A DNA stretch of 64,000 nt from an uncultured delta proteobacterium (GCA_963802945.1 CAWDKY010000029.1:96001-160000); one strand, 5' to 3'; shown: positions 11,521-21,989, numbered from the stretch's first letter. Numbers and translations: made by a program. The notes: generated from the sequence alone by a model not told the origin.

Positions 11521-11627
11521 GCAACACCTCTGTCATTTGAAATTTGGCGACCCATCATCGATCACCTCTGGATGGTGACGGTTGGCTCGTGAGTAAAACC
11601 ATATAAAAATAAATCCAAAACATAACT

Positions 11628-11643
11628 GAATGAGCGAGCATTC
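11628..11643. promoter_or_regulatory. possible TetR/AcrR-type operator upstream of the efflux operon
   Basis: GAATG-agcgag-CATTC palindrome ~110 nt before the acrA start. Confidence 0.35.
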
Positions 11644-11675
11644 TTCATTTTAGAAAATACCCCGAATCCATCCCA

Positions 11676-11712
11676 GAAAAAAGAGGCCATGGAAAATCTG
11701 GCCCTCTTTTTC
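11676..11712 (-). terminator. intrinsic terminator-like hairpin (possibly bidirectional)
   Basis: Minus strand reads gaaaaagagggcca-gattttcca-tggcctcttttttc: a GC stem followed by a T-run. Confidence 0.6.
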
Positions 11713-11879
11713 TCAAGAACGAATGACTTAACTTATCTTTTGGAAGAAACACAGATTATCTGCCGCTCCACGGACAACCGTAAAGAATAAATCTGCGATG
11801 CCCTGGAATGGCTGGTCCTACCTTTGGCAGGATGCTTCCCTTTCCCCGACCAGGGGGGAGGCAATAGTTTGCTATTATG
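11676..11879 (-). ncRNA. candidate ~200-nt structured sRNA or attenuator leader
   Basis: Bounded by a consensus sigma70 promoter and a terminator; internal stems cugguc/gaccag, ccugcc-aaa-gguagg, cuuuacgg-uugu-ccguggag, gcagau(u)uau/auaaucugu. Confidence 0.45.
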
Positions 11880-11885
11880 ATTTTA

Positions 11886-11914
11886 ATTATAACGTCTTCC
11901 GGGGATTTTGTCAA
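11886..11914 (-). promoter_or_regulatory. perfect sigma70 promoter TTGACA-N17-TATAAT
   Basis: Minus strand ttgaca aaatccccggaagacgt tataat. Confidence 0.75.
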
Positions 11915-12346
11915 AAAGAAAATGACGATGCCTTCATTTCCTTACCATTTATGGAGATAATTTTTAAGCCGCCTCACCTCCTGGTGGGGCAGACTGTTGA
12001 GTTCAATCTGTAATGTAATCTTCACGTTAATAACTTGATGATTGTGAATGATAGTAGGTGTACTCGATGCATTCGCCAAAGTGAGACCATTTTCGAGAAA
12101 ACTTGAGGGCGTCTTCCTCTAATAATCATTTTAAGGTCTTGGGTCACCATGCGCGATTTCAAACAGCCATCGAAATGATCCACACCTCTCTTGATTATGT
12201 AATATACCTTGTCCACCACACCTCATAGTTGAATTAAGGCTCCCCTAAAAGAAGTGGACAAGAACCAATGATAATTTCTTGCCTTACTCTTCAATCGAGT
12301 CCAGTCAGCTTTTATATTCAGGACTCCGCAGTATGGCCAATTATTG

Positions 12347-12907
12347 CTATCTTACGGTATACCCCTGGGCATCAAGGCAGGCGCTTATCGCCCTAAAATA
12401 GTCCGCGCTCTTTTGGATGGCCTGAGCATCAGGGGCGCCAACGGGTGGTTTTGCCGGATCGAAGCCTGTCTGACTAACAGTCCAGGCGTGGCACTTGTCA
12501 AAATCTTTGGCCTTTTGCTCTTCACTTTGACCTTTACGGGGGTAGATAAACAACTTACCACCCGACCCTTGGCTTGCCGACGGCGGCACCTGATTTCCTT
12601 CGGCTGGAGGTGGATAATAATCTGGCGGCGGGGGATAATAATAATAATCTGGAGGGTAATAATAAGGCCACAAGTCCCAGCCTAAGACACCGCCAATAAT
12701 CAAACCGGGTAAGAACCCCCCATGCCCACGAAACCCTCTATACCCTCGAAATCCACGAAATCCTCCATGCCCTGCAGATCCATGAAATCCTCCATGTCCT
12801 CCAGATCCATGAAATCCTCCAGACCCATGGTCAGCTTCGGCCTGTTTAGGCAACACTAATAGGGTTAACACAAAAAGGATGCTTAAGAGACTAATGAGCT
12901 TTTTCAT
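12347..12907 (-). CDS. secreted/membrane hypothetical protein with Gly/His-rich repeats, a Tyr/Pro-rich linker and a small C-terminal Cys-containing domain
   Basis: Signal peptide MKKLISLL...AEA; HGGFHGSGG and GFR repeats; YYYPPP; IYPRKGQSEEQ..D..KC..W...TGFDP...ACLDAQGYTV; GGAGA RBS. Confidence 0.75.
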   Translation of the reverse strand: MKKLISLLSILFVLTLLVLPKQAEADHGSGGFHGSGGHGGFHGSAGHGGFRGFRGYRGFRGHGGFLPGLIIGGVLGWDLWPYYYPPDYYYYPPPPDYYPPPAEGNQVPPSASQGSGGKLFIYPRKGQSEEQKAKDFDKCHAWTVSQTGFDPAKPPVGAPDAQAIQKSADYFRAISACLDAQGYTVR

Positions 12908-13157
12908 ATTCTATTCTCCCGGCCAGTCTGGAACAGGCAACTGGTTCAAACTGGTTTTTTTAAATAAGACGTTAAAAGGACAGAAAAGTTAAAAAATATC
13001 AAACAAGACTATTTATGCCTCCTGGCTTTATATTAATAATATTTTGTGGCCCGTTGTCAAGAGAGGGCATTATCTGAAAAGGTAAGGGACGAAGTATTGA
13101 TAATCAGGACAGGTGGAGAGGAATTTCCCTTTTGTCTTCCCAGTATTTGCCTTTGTC

Positions 13158-13186
13158 TTGACTCTCCTTTTTTTTTATTTTATGCT
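13158..13186 (+). promoter_or_regulatory. sigma70-like promoter for usp
   Basis: TTGACT-N17-TATGCT, 46 nt before the ATG, which has an AGGAGG RBS. Confidence 0.5.
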
Positions 13187-13232
13187 ATTTCCAGTTAAAA
13201 GAAAAGGTCCAAATTTTTGAAGGAGGCCCAAT

Positions 13233-13676
13233 ATGTTTTCACCAAAAAGTATTCTGGTACCCACAGATTTTTCCGAATATTCGGACAAGGCACTGCAAAA
13301 CGCAATAGACATTGCTAAAAAATTCACAGGCAAGATCTATCTGTTACATGTGGTCGGAACAGTCATTCAGTACATGGCCTATTATGAGATTGATCCACAA
13401 ACCGTTAATTTGGTGGAAAAGGAAAATATCGCTGCGGCCAAAAAAATGCTTACGGAACAACTCGCAAAATTTCCGGATTCAAAATCGATTGAGATCATGA
13501 CCGATATTCGGATAGGAGCCCCCTACGAGGAAATATTAAGAGATCAACAAGAAAAAAAGATAGACTTGATCGTGATTGCCTCCCACGGCAAAACAGGCTT
13601 ATTAAGTCATCTTATCGGAAGCGTAGCCGAAAGAGTTGTAAGAAGTGCCAAATGCCCTGTTCTTCTGGTGAGGTAG
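13233..13676 (+). CDS. universal stress protein (UspA family)
   Basis: ILVPTDFS, LLHVV, DLIVIASHG, GSVAERVVRSAKCPVLLV. Confidence 0.93.
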   Translation: MFSPKSILVPTDFSEYSDKALQNAIDIAKKFTGKIYLLHVVGTVIQYMAYYEIDPQTVNLVEKENIAAAKKMLTEQLAKFPDSKSIEIMTDIRIGAPYEEILRDQQEKKIDLIVIASHGKTGLLSHLIGSVAERVVRSAKCPVLLVR

Positions 13677-13882
13677 GGTTAAGGATGATGACCGGAGACC
13701 GGAATAAGTTGGGTTGCACAGCGCATGTTGGCAACCATTGTCAGCCATTTCTAATTATAAGCCTGAACCTTCTTTTTTTATGAAAAAGTTTAGTTGTACT
13801 CTTTGTTCATCAGATATATTGACACTACTTGTCCGGTGAATTATCGTTCCAAGAATTTTTTTCGACTTATTGATTAGGAACG

Positions 13883-13957
13883 GTAGCAAAAGAGTAGCAA
13901 AACCGAAACGAAATAAAAAAAGGAGTTAACTTTCTTAGTTAACCCCTTAATTTTTCA
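13883..13957. other. att-like remnant at the tRNA-Val 3' end (direct repeats plus hairpin)
   Basis: gtagcaaaa twice (13883-13891, 13894-13902) and the hairpin ggagttaact-ttctt-agttaacccc ~10 nt from the tRNA CCA end. Confidence 0.4.
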
Positions 13958-14032
13958 TGGTAGGCGGTACTGGATTTGAACCAGTGACTTCCACCGTGTG
14001 AGGATGGCACTCTACCGCTGAGTTAACCGCCC
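13958..14032 (-). tRNA. tRNA-Val (anticodon CAC)
   Basis: gggcggttaactcagcggtagagtgccatcctCACacggtggaagtcactggttcaaatccagtaccgcctacca; cloverleaf with encoded CCA. Confidence 0.95.
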
Positions 14033-14332
14033 GAAACCTTTTTCTCTCTTTGTATCCAAAATCAAGAATTTTTTCAAGAGAAAATTATTTTTAAGGCCTG
14101 AATTGCTTTTTTCAAGCCATTATTGTTCTTGACAACAATAAGAGTTCTTTTATATTAAACCCATCGCACATCTTTCCCTTTTTCACGCATTATTTTTGTC
14201 CGGACAAAAGGCCAACATGGCTCTAGTCATAACCCTTCTCGGGTAGAACATGGAAACTGAAAGAACTGTTCTGGCAGGATTAAACTGAAATTGGCTAAAT
14301 AACGAGAAGATGAAAAAGGATTATCGGGGGAT

Positions 14333-15932
14333 ATGAGCAAGGACCGTACGAAGAAAACTACCAAGTCCCGGTCCAGACCTGAAAAGTCTTTGTCGCCTGG
14401 GTTGAGGAACTACCTGTATATCACCGCAGCGGTGTGCGGTGCGGCCGTGCTCATCGTTGAAATCCTCGGGGCCAAGATGCTCTCACCTTATTTCGGGACT
14501 TCCCATTTTGTCTGGACGGCGCAAATTGCCGTGACGTCTGGTATCGCTGGCCATTGGCTATTGGTTCGGCGGCTGGCTGGTGGACCGGTCAACCAGGCTG
14601 AACCGGCTCTATGCCTGTGTTTTGATCGCAGCCCTGTATTTATGCCTGACCGTGCCCCTGTGCCGTCCGTTGGCCGAAAGCTGTCTTGAACTCAGACTTG
14701 CCCTGGGTTCCCTGCTGACCTCCCTGTTTTTATTTTTTATTCCGCTGGCCTTGCTGGCCACGGTCGGTCCCTTTCTGGTCCGGGTGATGACCGCCTCCAT
14801 GAACGTCGTTGGCAGCCAGGTGGGCCGGTTGACGGCCATCAGCACAGCAGGGAGTGTGGCCGGAACGATACTGATCGGCTATGCCTTGATTCCGTTTTTC
14901 CCGAATTCAGTGACCATGCTCTGCACAGCGGCGATACTTTTGACTCTGGTGGTCATTTATTTCATCCTGTGGGGCAAAGGGCAAGGTGTAGTTGTGACGG
15001 CTGTAATGGTTTCCCTGGCTGGATTGTGGATTGGGTGGTGGGGTGTGGGCGTGGACGCTCGCCTCCAGATGCCGAATGTTATCGAACTGGAGAGATGCAA
15101 TTCCAATTTCGGCCTGATGCAAGTCATAGAAGCCACGAATCCGCCATCCCGAGTTTATTTCAATGATTATCTCTGCCAGAACGGCTTTGATCCGCAGACC
15201 AAGCAGAGCATTCATACCTTCACCTACCTGCTGTACGGTTTGGCGCGTGCTTATACAGAGAAGATCGAGAACGCCTTGTGTATTGGTATGGGGGTGGGGA
15301 TCGTGCCCATGCAGCTGGCGCGCGAAGGGGTTAAGGTGGATGTGGTGGAGATCAATCCGGCCGTGGTGCCGCTGGCCAAGCGATACTTCGAGTTCGATCC
15401 GGGACGTGTGAGTCTGTTTTTTGACGATGGCCGGCATTTCCTAAATGACTGCCAACGGCGCTATGATACGGTCATCCTCGATGCCTTTTTGGGAGACTCC
15501 TCCCCGTCGCATTTGATGACCCAGGAGGCCTTTACGGCCATGCGGGCGGTGCTCAAGCCGGGCGGCACCCTGGTGATCAACACCTTCGGCAACCTGGAAC
15601 AAGGAAAGGATTTTTCTACGGCCTCTTTGGAGAAGACACTGCGGGCGGTCTTTAAAAGTGTGAAACTCCATGCCGAGAGCCCGGACGGAAACATTTTCTT
15701 TGTGGCTTCGGACCGGAAGGAATTGACGTTTCTGCGCGAACCGGATCAGGCAGATATTCATTCTACTATAGCCGGACCGGTGGCGGCGGCCTTTAAGGGG
15801 GTAGTGCAGGCAGATTCTCACCATGGACGAGTGTTGATAGATGATTTTAATCCGGTGGAATATTATGATGCGGCCAACCGGGAAAGCCTCCGGCGAAGAC
15901 TGGCCTTGGTCATGAATCCCCGTACACGATGA
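14333..15932 (+). CDS. fused MFS-like membrane domain/spermidine synthase-like methyltransferase; +1 frameshift at ~14537
   Basis: N-terminal EILGAKMLSPYFGTSHFVW TM region; LCIGMGVG, VEINPAV, DDGRHFL, VILDAF, HLMTQE, LIDDFNPVE. Confidence 0.85.
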
Positions 15933-16001
15933 TGTTTCTGTGCCTGGCGATGTCCTTTCCGGCAGGATTCTGCTCCCACCCCTTCAAAGGCAAACTGTCT
16001 T

Positions 16002-17189
16002 CTATCCCCGCCACATGACCTCAAAGAGTTCGCGGAGGGCCGCGCCTTTGCATTCACAGGGCGTGGTGTACATATTGGGATCCTTTTCGGCAATTTGAAC
16101 CAGCTTATCAATCTCCGCCTTCATCTGGTCTTCCGTGATGCCGGCACCTCTCAGACTCAACGGTTCTTCGATTTCCTTCTGGATCGATCTGATCCGTTCG
16201 ATGAAGGCCTCCACAGCACCCTTAGGGGTGGGTTCGTTAATACCCACAAACCCGGCCAGGACGGCCAGGCGCTCGATGGGGTCCGGGACGCCCTCAATCG
16301 GCGGATGGGTGGCGATGTAGGTGAGAGAATAGGGCAGGGCAATCCCAATGGCCCGACCGTGTGAAAGGTGGAAGAGCGCACCAGCCGAATGGCCCAGGGC
16401 ATGGGACAGTCCGGTATTGCTGTTGCCGAAACCCAGTCCGGCAATGGTGGCGGCGTTCTGCATTTTTTCTCTGGCCTGGAGGTTTGAGCCGTCGCGATAG
16501 ACCACGGGAAGCCATTCCAGGGCCATGCGAACGGCCTGCAGGCAAGGGCCGTCGCTGAAATCGTTTTGTTGTCTTGAGGTGTATCCGTCTACGGCATGGG
16601 CAATAACATCCAAGCCGGTACTGGCTGTTAATCCTTTCGGCAAGGCCAGGGTCAGATTTGTTTCCAGTACAGATAGATCTGGGACGATGTCGTTATGGGC
16701 GAAGACGATCTTTCGGTTCATGGCTCGGTCGGTAAGCACGGCCACCCAGGTCACATCGGCCCCTGTGCCGCTGGTCGTTGGGATGGACACCAACCTGGCC
16801 TTTTGGCGCAGATTCAACTTGGCCTTGGGTAAAATGGATTTGGTCAAGTCACCTGAAGCCAGGTCCGGCCGCTCATAGAGCACCCAGGCGGCCTTGGCCG
16901 TGTCTATGGCTGATCCTCCACCGAACCCGATCACCCATTGGGGATTGAAATCAAGGAGAAACCGGCTGGCCGTAAGGGCAATATCCAAGGTGGGGTCGGC
17001 CTCCACCCCATCCCATATCTTGACCTCATATCCAACAGCCTTCAGCCCTTCAACCAACTCGTTGCATTTTTCCCTCAGGATCCGATCGGTAATGATGGCG
17101 GCCCGGTTACCCTTGCCATCCATTTCGAGAGATAATCTTTTGAGGGCACCTTTGCCGAATATGACTTTTGGACTTAGAAAATAAGGCAT
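16002..17189 (-). CDS. iron-containing alcohol dehydrogenase
   Basis: GGGSAIDTAK, IPTTSGTG, GLDVIAHAVD, SHALGH...HGRA. Confidence 0.9.
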   Translation of the reverse strand: MPYFLSPKVIFGKGALKRLSLEMDGKGNRAAIITDRILREKCNELVEGLKAVGYEVKIWDGVEADPTLDIALTASRFLLDFNPQWVIGFGGGSAIDTAKAAWVLYERPDLASGDLTKSILPKAKLNLRQKARLVSIPTTSGTGADVTWVAVLTDRAMNRKIVFAHNDIVPDLSVLETNLTLALPKGLTASTGLDVIAHAVDGYTSRQQNDFSDGPCLQAVRMALEWLPVVYRDGSNLQAREKMQNAATIAGLGFGNSNTGLSHALGHSAGALFHLSHGRAIGIALPYSLTYIATHPPIEGVPDPIERLAVLAGFVGINEPTPKGAVEAFIERIRSIQKEIEEPLSLRGAGITEDQMKAEIDKLVQIAEKDPNMYTTPCECKGAALRELFEVMWRG

Positions 17190-17233
17190 AATTTTTCTCC
17201 TTTGTTATTTGGATGTGATTTTAGGGACCTGAT

Positions 17234-18424
17234 CTACCAGGCAAGTTCGAGAATCTCCTTTACATCGGCCGGACCCTTGATCGGCCTGGGGTTCATTTTC
17301 ACCGGCGCATAGGTCATGGCCCGCTCGGCGATCTCTTCAAAGTTTTCACGTTTGATGTTCACCGCGCGCAAGGATCCCGGTTGTCCCAAGGCGGCAACTA
17401 GTGAGGCCACGAGATCCGAAGCCTTCTGCTGCGGTGCGCCCATCGCTTCAGACAAAGCCTGCTGGCGCTCGCTATTGACCGCCGCATTCCAGCGCAGCAC
17501 GGCAGGCAGCATGACGCAAGATGTATGGCCGTGGGCTACGCCAAAGGTTGCCCCAAGCACGTAGCCGATACCGTGACTTGCACCCGAGCTGGCGCCTGCT
17601 GCTGAGGCGGCAATCGCTTGCCACATGCCGAATTGCGCCTCAAGTCGGGCATTAAGGTTTTGCGGTTCGGCCTTGATTTTGGGAAGGGCGCGTGCAAGCA
17701 AACGAAGCCCCTGCAGGGAGAGAGCCTCCGTGGCCGGATTGGCCAGAGGTGAGCAATAGGACTCGACCGCATGATCCACCGACCTGATGCCGGTGGAGAA
17801 CAAGAGCCAGTTTGGTGTATCGAGCGTCGCCGCAGGATCAAGGACGACCGAACGGGGCACGAGCAGACGATGGGTGAAAGACTGCTTGGCATTGGCTTTG
17901 ATGTCAGTCACGCCGGCAGTTGATGTAAATTCCGAGGCCGAAAGGGTGGTCGAGATGGCTACCATACGGATCGGATTCGGCGGCGGTTCGATCTTGCGCC
18001 TGATGTCTGAAGCTGCACCGTCGCGATAAGGTTCCATGGATGCCGGGCTTTCAAGTCCGAGCCACAAGCACATCTGTATGGCCTTGGTGGCGTCGATCAC
18101 CGAACCGCCGCCGACGGCTACCAACAAATCGGCCTTGGCACTACGGGCGGCAGCCGCAGCGGCAATAACATCTTGGCGCGGGCTATGGGAGCGGATAGCT
18201 GTGAACGTACCAGAAAGGCGAGGACCCAAGGCCTCCATAATGCGCTGCAGAGGGCCGTTTTCTAATTGACTTAATGATCGTGTGGAGAAGATAAAAACAT
18301 GTTTGGCGCCATAACGATCGGCTTCAACGATGATGGCCTTTTCTGCTGGTCGGCCAAAGATAATGAATTCTTGGGCTTGAATGGTGAATCGGCCGCTTTT
18401 CAGAGTATTGTAAATGTCGCTCAC
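17234..18424 (-). CDS. iron-containing alcohol dehydrogenase family protein (maleylacetate-reductase-like branch)
   Basis: GGGSVIDATK, STTLSASEFT, GIRSVDHAVE, SHGIGY...HGHTS. Confidence 0.85.
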   Translation of the reverse strand: MSDIYNTLKSGRFTIQAQEFIIFGRPAEKAIIVEADRYGAKHVFIFSTRSLSQLENGPLQRIMEALGPRLSGTFTAIRSHSPRQDVIAAAAAARSAKADLLVAVGGGSVIDATKAIQMCLWLGLESPASMEPYRDGAASDIRRKIEPPPNPIRMVAISTTLSASEFTSTAGVTDIKANAKQSFTHRLLVPRSVVLDPAATLDTPNWLLFSTGIRSVDHAVESYCSPLANPATEALSLQGLRLLARALPKIKAEPQNLNARLEAQFGMWQAIAASAAGASSGASHGIGYVLGATFGVAHGHTSCVMLPAVLRWNAAVNSERQQALSEAMGAPQQKASDLVASLVAALGQPGSLRAVNIKRENFEEIAERAMTYAPVKMNPRPIKGPADVKEILELAW

Positions 18425-18589
18425 ATTCTCCGATGACTTTGATCAGAATTTGTTTCTTAATAAATATTATAAAATATGAAAAAGGTAAGGGTCAAGAGAA
18501 TTTATAGGACGGAAAACCAGGAGACGGAGAAGGGATGACGCAGAACATTCTAATATTATTTCTGAGAGAAAAGAAGCTTTGGGGAAGAC

Positions 18590-19349
18590 CTAAAGAAGAG
18601 CGTCACCTTTCAGTGCTCGAATTTCTTTTGGAGTCAAGGGGCGCAAATGGCCAGGGGCCAACCGGCCGATGGATAAGGGACCTAGGGCAATTCTCTTGAT
18701 GTTGATAACCGGATGCCCTATGGCGGCCAGCATATTTTTGACCTGATGTTTTTCACCCTCTCGAATGGTGATCAATAACCAGGAACGATCCGTACCTGTT
18801 TTAATTTTTTCACAATCGGAACGATGCAGTTTTCCCGCTGGGAAGACGTATCCCGGTTTGGAGGGATCTCAAAGAGATTTCGGATGGGATTCCTTGAATC
18901 TTGACCCGATAAGTCTTCGGGACTTGAAATCGGGGATGTTGAAGTTTTTGAGCCAGTTCTCCATCGTTGGTCAAAAGCATCAGCCCTTCGGCATCCCAGT
19001 CCAAACGGCCAACAGGAAAAACGCGTTCTTTGATCTGGGCCCGGGACAGGAAGTCTTTTATGGTGAGACGGCCCTGGGGGTCCTTAAGGGTCGAAAGGAC
19101 TCCTTGAGGTTTATTAAAAAGATAATAGGCCTTGGATTCAGGGGAAGCAATAGACTGGCCGTCAACTTCGATTCGATGTTCAGAAGGGACGATTTTTAAT
19201 CCCAGCTCCGTGACTACCTGGCCGTCAACAGTAACCCGGCCTTCCCGGATTAAATCTTCGGCCTTGCGGCGGGATGTCAATCCCGATTGGGCCAGGATCC
19301 GTTGTAATCGATAGGGGAGATTTTCAGCAATTTGTTGCTTACGGGGCAT
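18590..19349 (-). CDS. rluB: rRNA pseudouridine synthase RluB; +1 frameshift near 18835
   Basis: S4 domain RLQRILAQSG.SRRKAE, NKPQGV, PVGRLD, EGEKHQVK, KRIALG; directly follows scpB. Confidence 0.88.
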
Positions 19350-19388
19350 AGCTCTTGTTGATGTTAAGGAATACCTTGCCCTTCAGAT

Positions 19389-19947
19389 TCAATCTGTTTC
19401 GTCTGTTTCGTTTCCCATTAAATCGGCATTCAGGGCCTTGATTTCTTCTAGAGTTGGCAGAGAGGATAGGTTTTTCAGTTCAAATAATTCCAGAAAACGT
19501 TGGGTGGTCCCATAGAGAATGGGGCGGCCGGGGACCTCTTTGCGGCCTACGATATGAATCAAATTTTTTTCCAAAAGGGTCCGGATAATCCCATCCACTT
19601 CGACCCCGCGCAGCCGTTCCACTTCCCCTCGGGTGGCCGGTTGTTTATAGGCAATAATGGCCAGGGTTTCCAGGGAGGCTTTACTGAGGCGGGTGGGACT
19701 GATCTTTTTCAGCCTTTTAATCCATTCGCTGAACCGGGGTTTGGTGCGAAACTGAAATCCATCAGCCACCTCTTGAAGATAGAGACCCCGTTCCGGCGTT
19801 TCATATTCCATCAGTAATTGGGACAAAGCCGCTTCAACGTCTTTTTTGGGAAAACTATCTCCCACAACTTCCAGGATCTTTTTGATCCCTATGGGGTGCG
19901 GGAGAAACAAAAATCAGGGCTTCGAGTAGGGATTTTATTTCATTCAT
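19389..19947 (-). CDS. scpB: segregation/condensation protein ScpB; +1 frameshift near 19900
   Basis: MNEIKSLLEALIFVS joined to PHPIG; LSKASLETLAIIAYKQP, RGV, GRPILYGTTQRFL. Confidence 0.92.
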
Positions 19948-20024
19948 GAGGACCTATATAGCATAACAGGTTTAATAATGTTTTAAAATTTTTTCCTGTG
20001 CCCTGCCGATAAGTTTTGAGTAAT

Positions 20025-20149
20025 TAGGCTGAAGACCGAAGGCTGACGGCTGAAGGTTGGAAGAATTCCCAAGAGAAATTCAGCCTCGATTCTATATTCA
20101 TTGCACATTAGAGTAGTTTTTTACCTAATCCCCGTCAGTCTTCAGCCTA
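20025..20149. repeat. heptamer (AGGCTGA-type) array with inverted arm
   Basis: taggctgaagaccgaaggctgacggctgaagg ... gtcttcagccta (12-bp inverted match). Confidence 0.55.
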
Positions 20150-20167
20150 CACCCCTGCCTTTTCCCC

Positions 20168-20887
20168 TTAAGAAATTGTTGCCGGGGGGAGAAAATCATA
20201 AATCAGGATGTTTCCCCCCTGGATTTCTTGATAGACGACAATTTTCTGAAGCCGGACTAATTCCAGCAAGGCCAGAAAGGCCACGATGAGTTCAGCCCGG
20301 GTGAAATGGCCAGGTAATAGTTCTTCCAACAGGATGCGCCCCATTTTTTTGAGTTTGGTCAGAATTTCTTCCATTTTATTTTCAATGGGGACCAGAGGGC
20401 TGGGAAGAGGGACCGGTTCTTCTTCTTTCTTCTCCAGAAGCATCTTCCGGACAGCGTCAATCAACTCGAAAATGCCCACTCGGATAAGTCCTTCTTCTTT
20501 CCCTTCCATTTCCTTGGCCAGGAAGTCCCGGGTAAAGACATCCCGATACAAAAGCGGACGCTGTCCCAGTTGTTCCGCCGCCTCTTTGAGCTGCAGATAT
20601 TCAAGCAACGGCCGGGTCAATTCCAGACGGGGATCTTCCTCCTCTTCTTCTTCCGGAGGTCTGGGCAGGAGCATCCTGGATTTAATGTGGATCAAGGTGG
20701 CGGCCATGACCAGAAAATTTCCGGCAATATTAATGTTCAACTCCTTCATCAGATCCAGGTATTCCAGATACTGGGCGGTGATAACGGCGATGGGGATATC
20801 GTAGATATCCATCTCGTTTTTTCGGATTAAATGGACCAGGAGGTCCATAGGTCCTTCAAAGATGTCGAGTTTAACGTTATAGTCCAT
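20168..20887 (-). CDS. scpA: segregation/condensation protein ScpA
   Basis: FEGPMDLLVHLI, IYDIPIA.IT.QYL, KSRMLLP, EDPR, FLALLEL. Confidence 0.95.
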   Translation of the reverse strand: MDYNVKLDIFEGPMDLLVHLIRKNEMDIYDIPIAVITAQYLEYLDLMKELNINIAGNFLVMAATLIHIKSRMLLPRPPEEEEEEDPRLELTRPLLEYLQLKEAAEQLGQRPLLYRDVFTRDFLAKEMEGKEEGLIRVGIFELIDAVRKMLLEKKEEEPVPLPSPLVPIENKMEEILTKLKKMGRILLEELLPGHFTRAELIVAFLALLELVRLQKIVVYQEIQGGNILIYDFLPPATIS

Positions 20888-20948
20888 TTTGAGCTACCAG
20901 TTGTCAACTACGAGTTGAGAGTTTAGAAGAAAAAATATTTCAACGATA

Positions 20949-21006
20949 AACTCGCAACCCGTAATCCGTAATCGGCAATTCAATCCGTAATCCGAAATCC
21001 GCAATC
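20949..21006. repeat. degenerate tandem heptamer array (AATCCGY)
   Basis: aactcgc aacccgt aatccgt aatcggc aattc aatccgt aatccga aatccgc aatc. Confidence 0.7.
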
Positions 21007-21989
21007 TAAAATCCAATAGCCTGTCTGACTTCTTTCATGGTCTCCTGGGAAAAGGCCCTGGCCCGTTCGGTGCCGGCCATAAGAATGGATTGGACTTCAC
21101 GGAGGTTTTGGGTCCAATAATCCCTTTTCTCTTTAATCGGGCTGAGGGTCTTCAGGACCTGATCGATCAGTAATTTCTTGCAATCCACACAGCCGATCCC
21201 GGCCCGCTTGCATTCCCGCTCAATCTCATCGATCCTTTCCTGAGGTGAATAAATCTTGTGAAAGGGAAAGAGGATACAAACCTCAGGATTGCCGGGGTCT
21301 TTACGACGGGCCCGCTGGGGATCGGTGACCATCTGGGACAGTTTGTGACGGATTTCCTCCTTGGAGTCTGAGAGAAACACGGCGTTTTCATAACTTTTGC
21401 TCATCTTCCTTCCGTCCAGTCCCGTTAGTTTAGGAGTTTCGGTCAACAGCGTATCCGGTATAGGAAAAACCTCCTCATACAGGAAGTTGAATCTGCGGGC
21501 TATTTCCCTGGTCAATTCCACGTGAGGGGCCTGATCGATACCGACCGGCACGGCATGGGCCTTATACATCAGAATATCGGCGGCCTGCAAGACCGGATAA
21601 CCGATGAAACCATAGGTGCCGATCTCCTTGCTTTCTAGTTCTTGTTGTTGTTCCTTATAGGTCGGATTTCGTTCCAGCCAGCTTAAAGGTGTAATCATGG
21701 ACAGGATTAAATGGAGTTCGGCATGTTCTTTGACGGCCGATTGCAGAAAAAAAGTGCTGATCTTCGGATCCAGTCCGACACTTATCCAATCAATGACCAT
21801 GTCCAAGATATTTTCGTGAATGGCCTTGGGTTCTTTATATTCGGTGGTCAAGGCATGCCAGTCGGCAATGAAAAAAAAACATTGGTAGTCTTTCTGCAAT
21901 TCTTTCCAGTTCAATAAGGCCCCATGCAAATTGCCCAGGTGTAATTTTCCCGTGGGGCGCATCCCGCTTAAAATCCGTTTGCGTTCCAT
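21006..21989 (-). CDS. trpS: tryptophanyl-tRNA synthetase
   Basis: SGMRPTGKLHLGN (HIGH), YPVLQAADIL, VPVGIDQ, KMSKS. Confidence 0.97.
   Translation of the reverse strand: MERKRILSGMRPTGKLHLGNLHGALLNWKELQKDYQCFFFIADWHALTTEYKEPKAIHENILDMVIDWISVGLDPKISTFFLQSAVKEHAELHLILSMITPLSWLERNPTYKEQQQELESKEIGTYGFIGYPVLQAADILMYKAHAVPVGIDQAPHVELTREIARRFNFLYEEVFPIPDTLLTETPKLTGLDGRKMSKSYENAVFLSDSKEEIRHKLSQMVTDPQRARRKDPGNPEVCILFPFHKIYSPQERIDEIERECKRAGIGCVDCKKLLIDQVLKTLSPIKEKRDYWTQNLREVQSILMAGTERARAFSQETMKEVRQAIGF

Noticed and set aside
11798-12219. Short ORFs 11798..12013 (+) and 12022..12219 (-)
   Set aside because: No motifs. The first runs antisense across the strong promoter and structured RNA.
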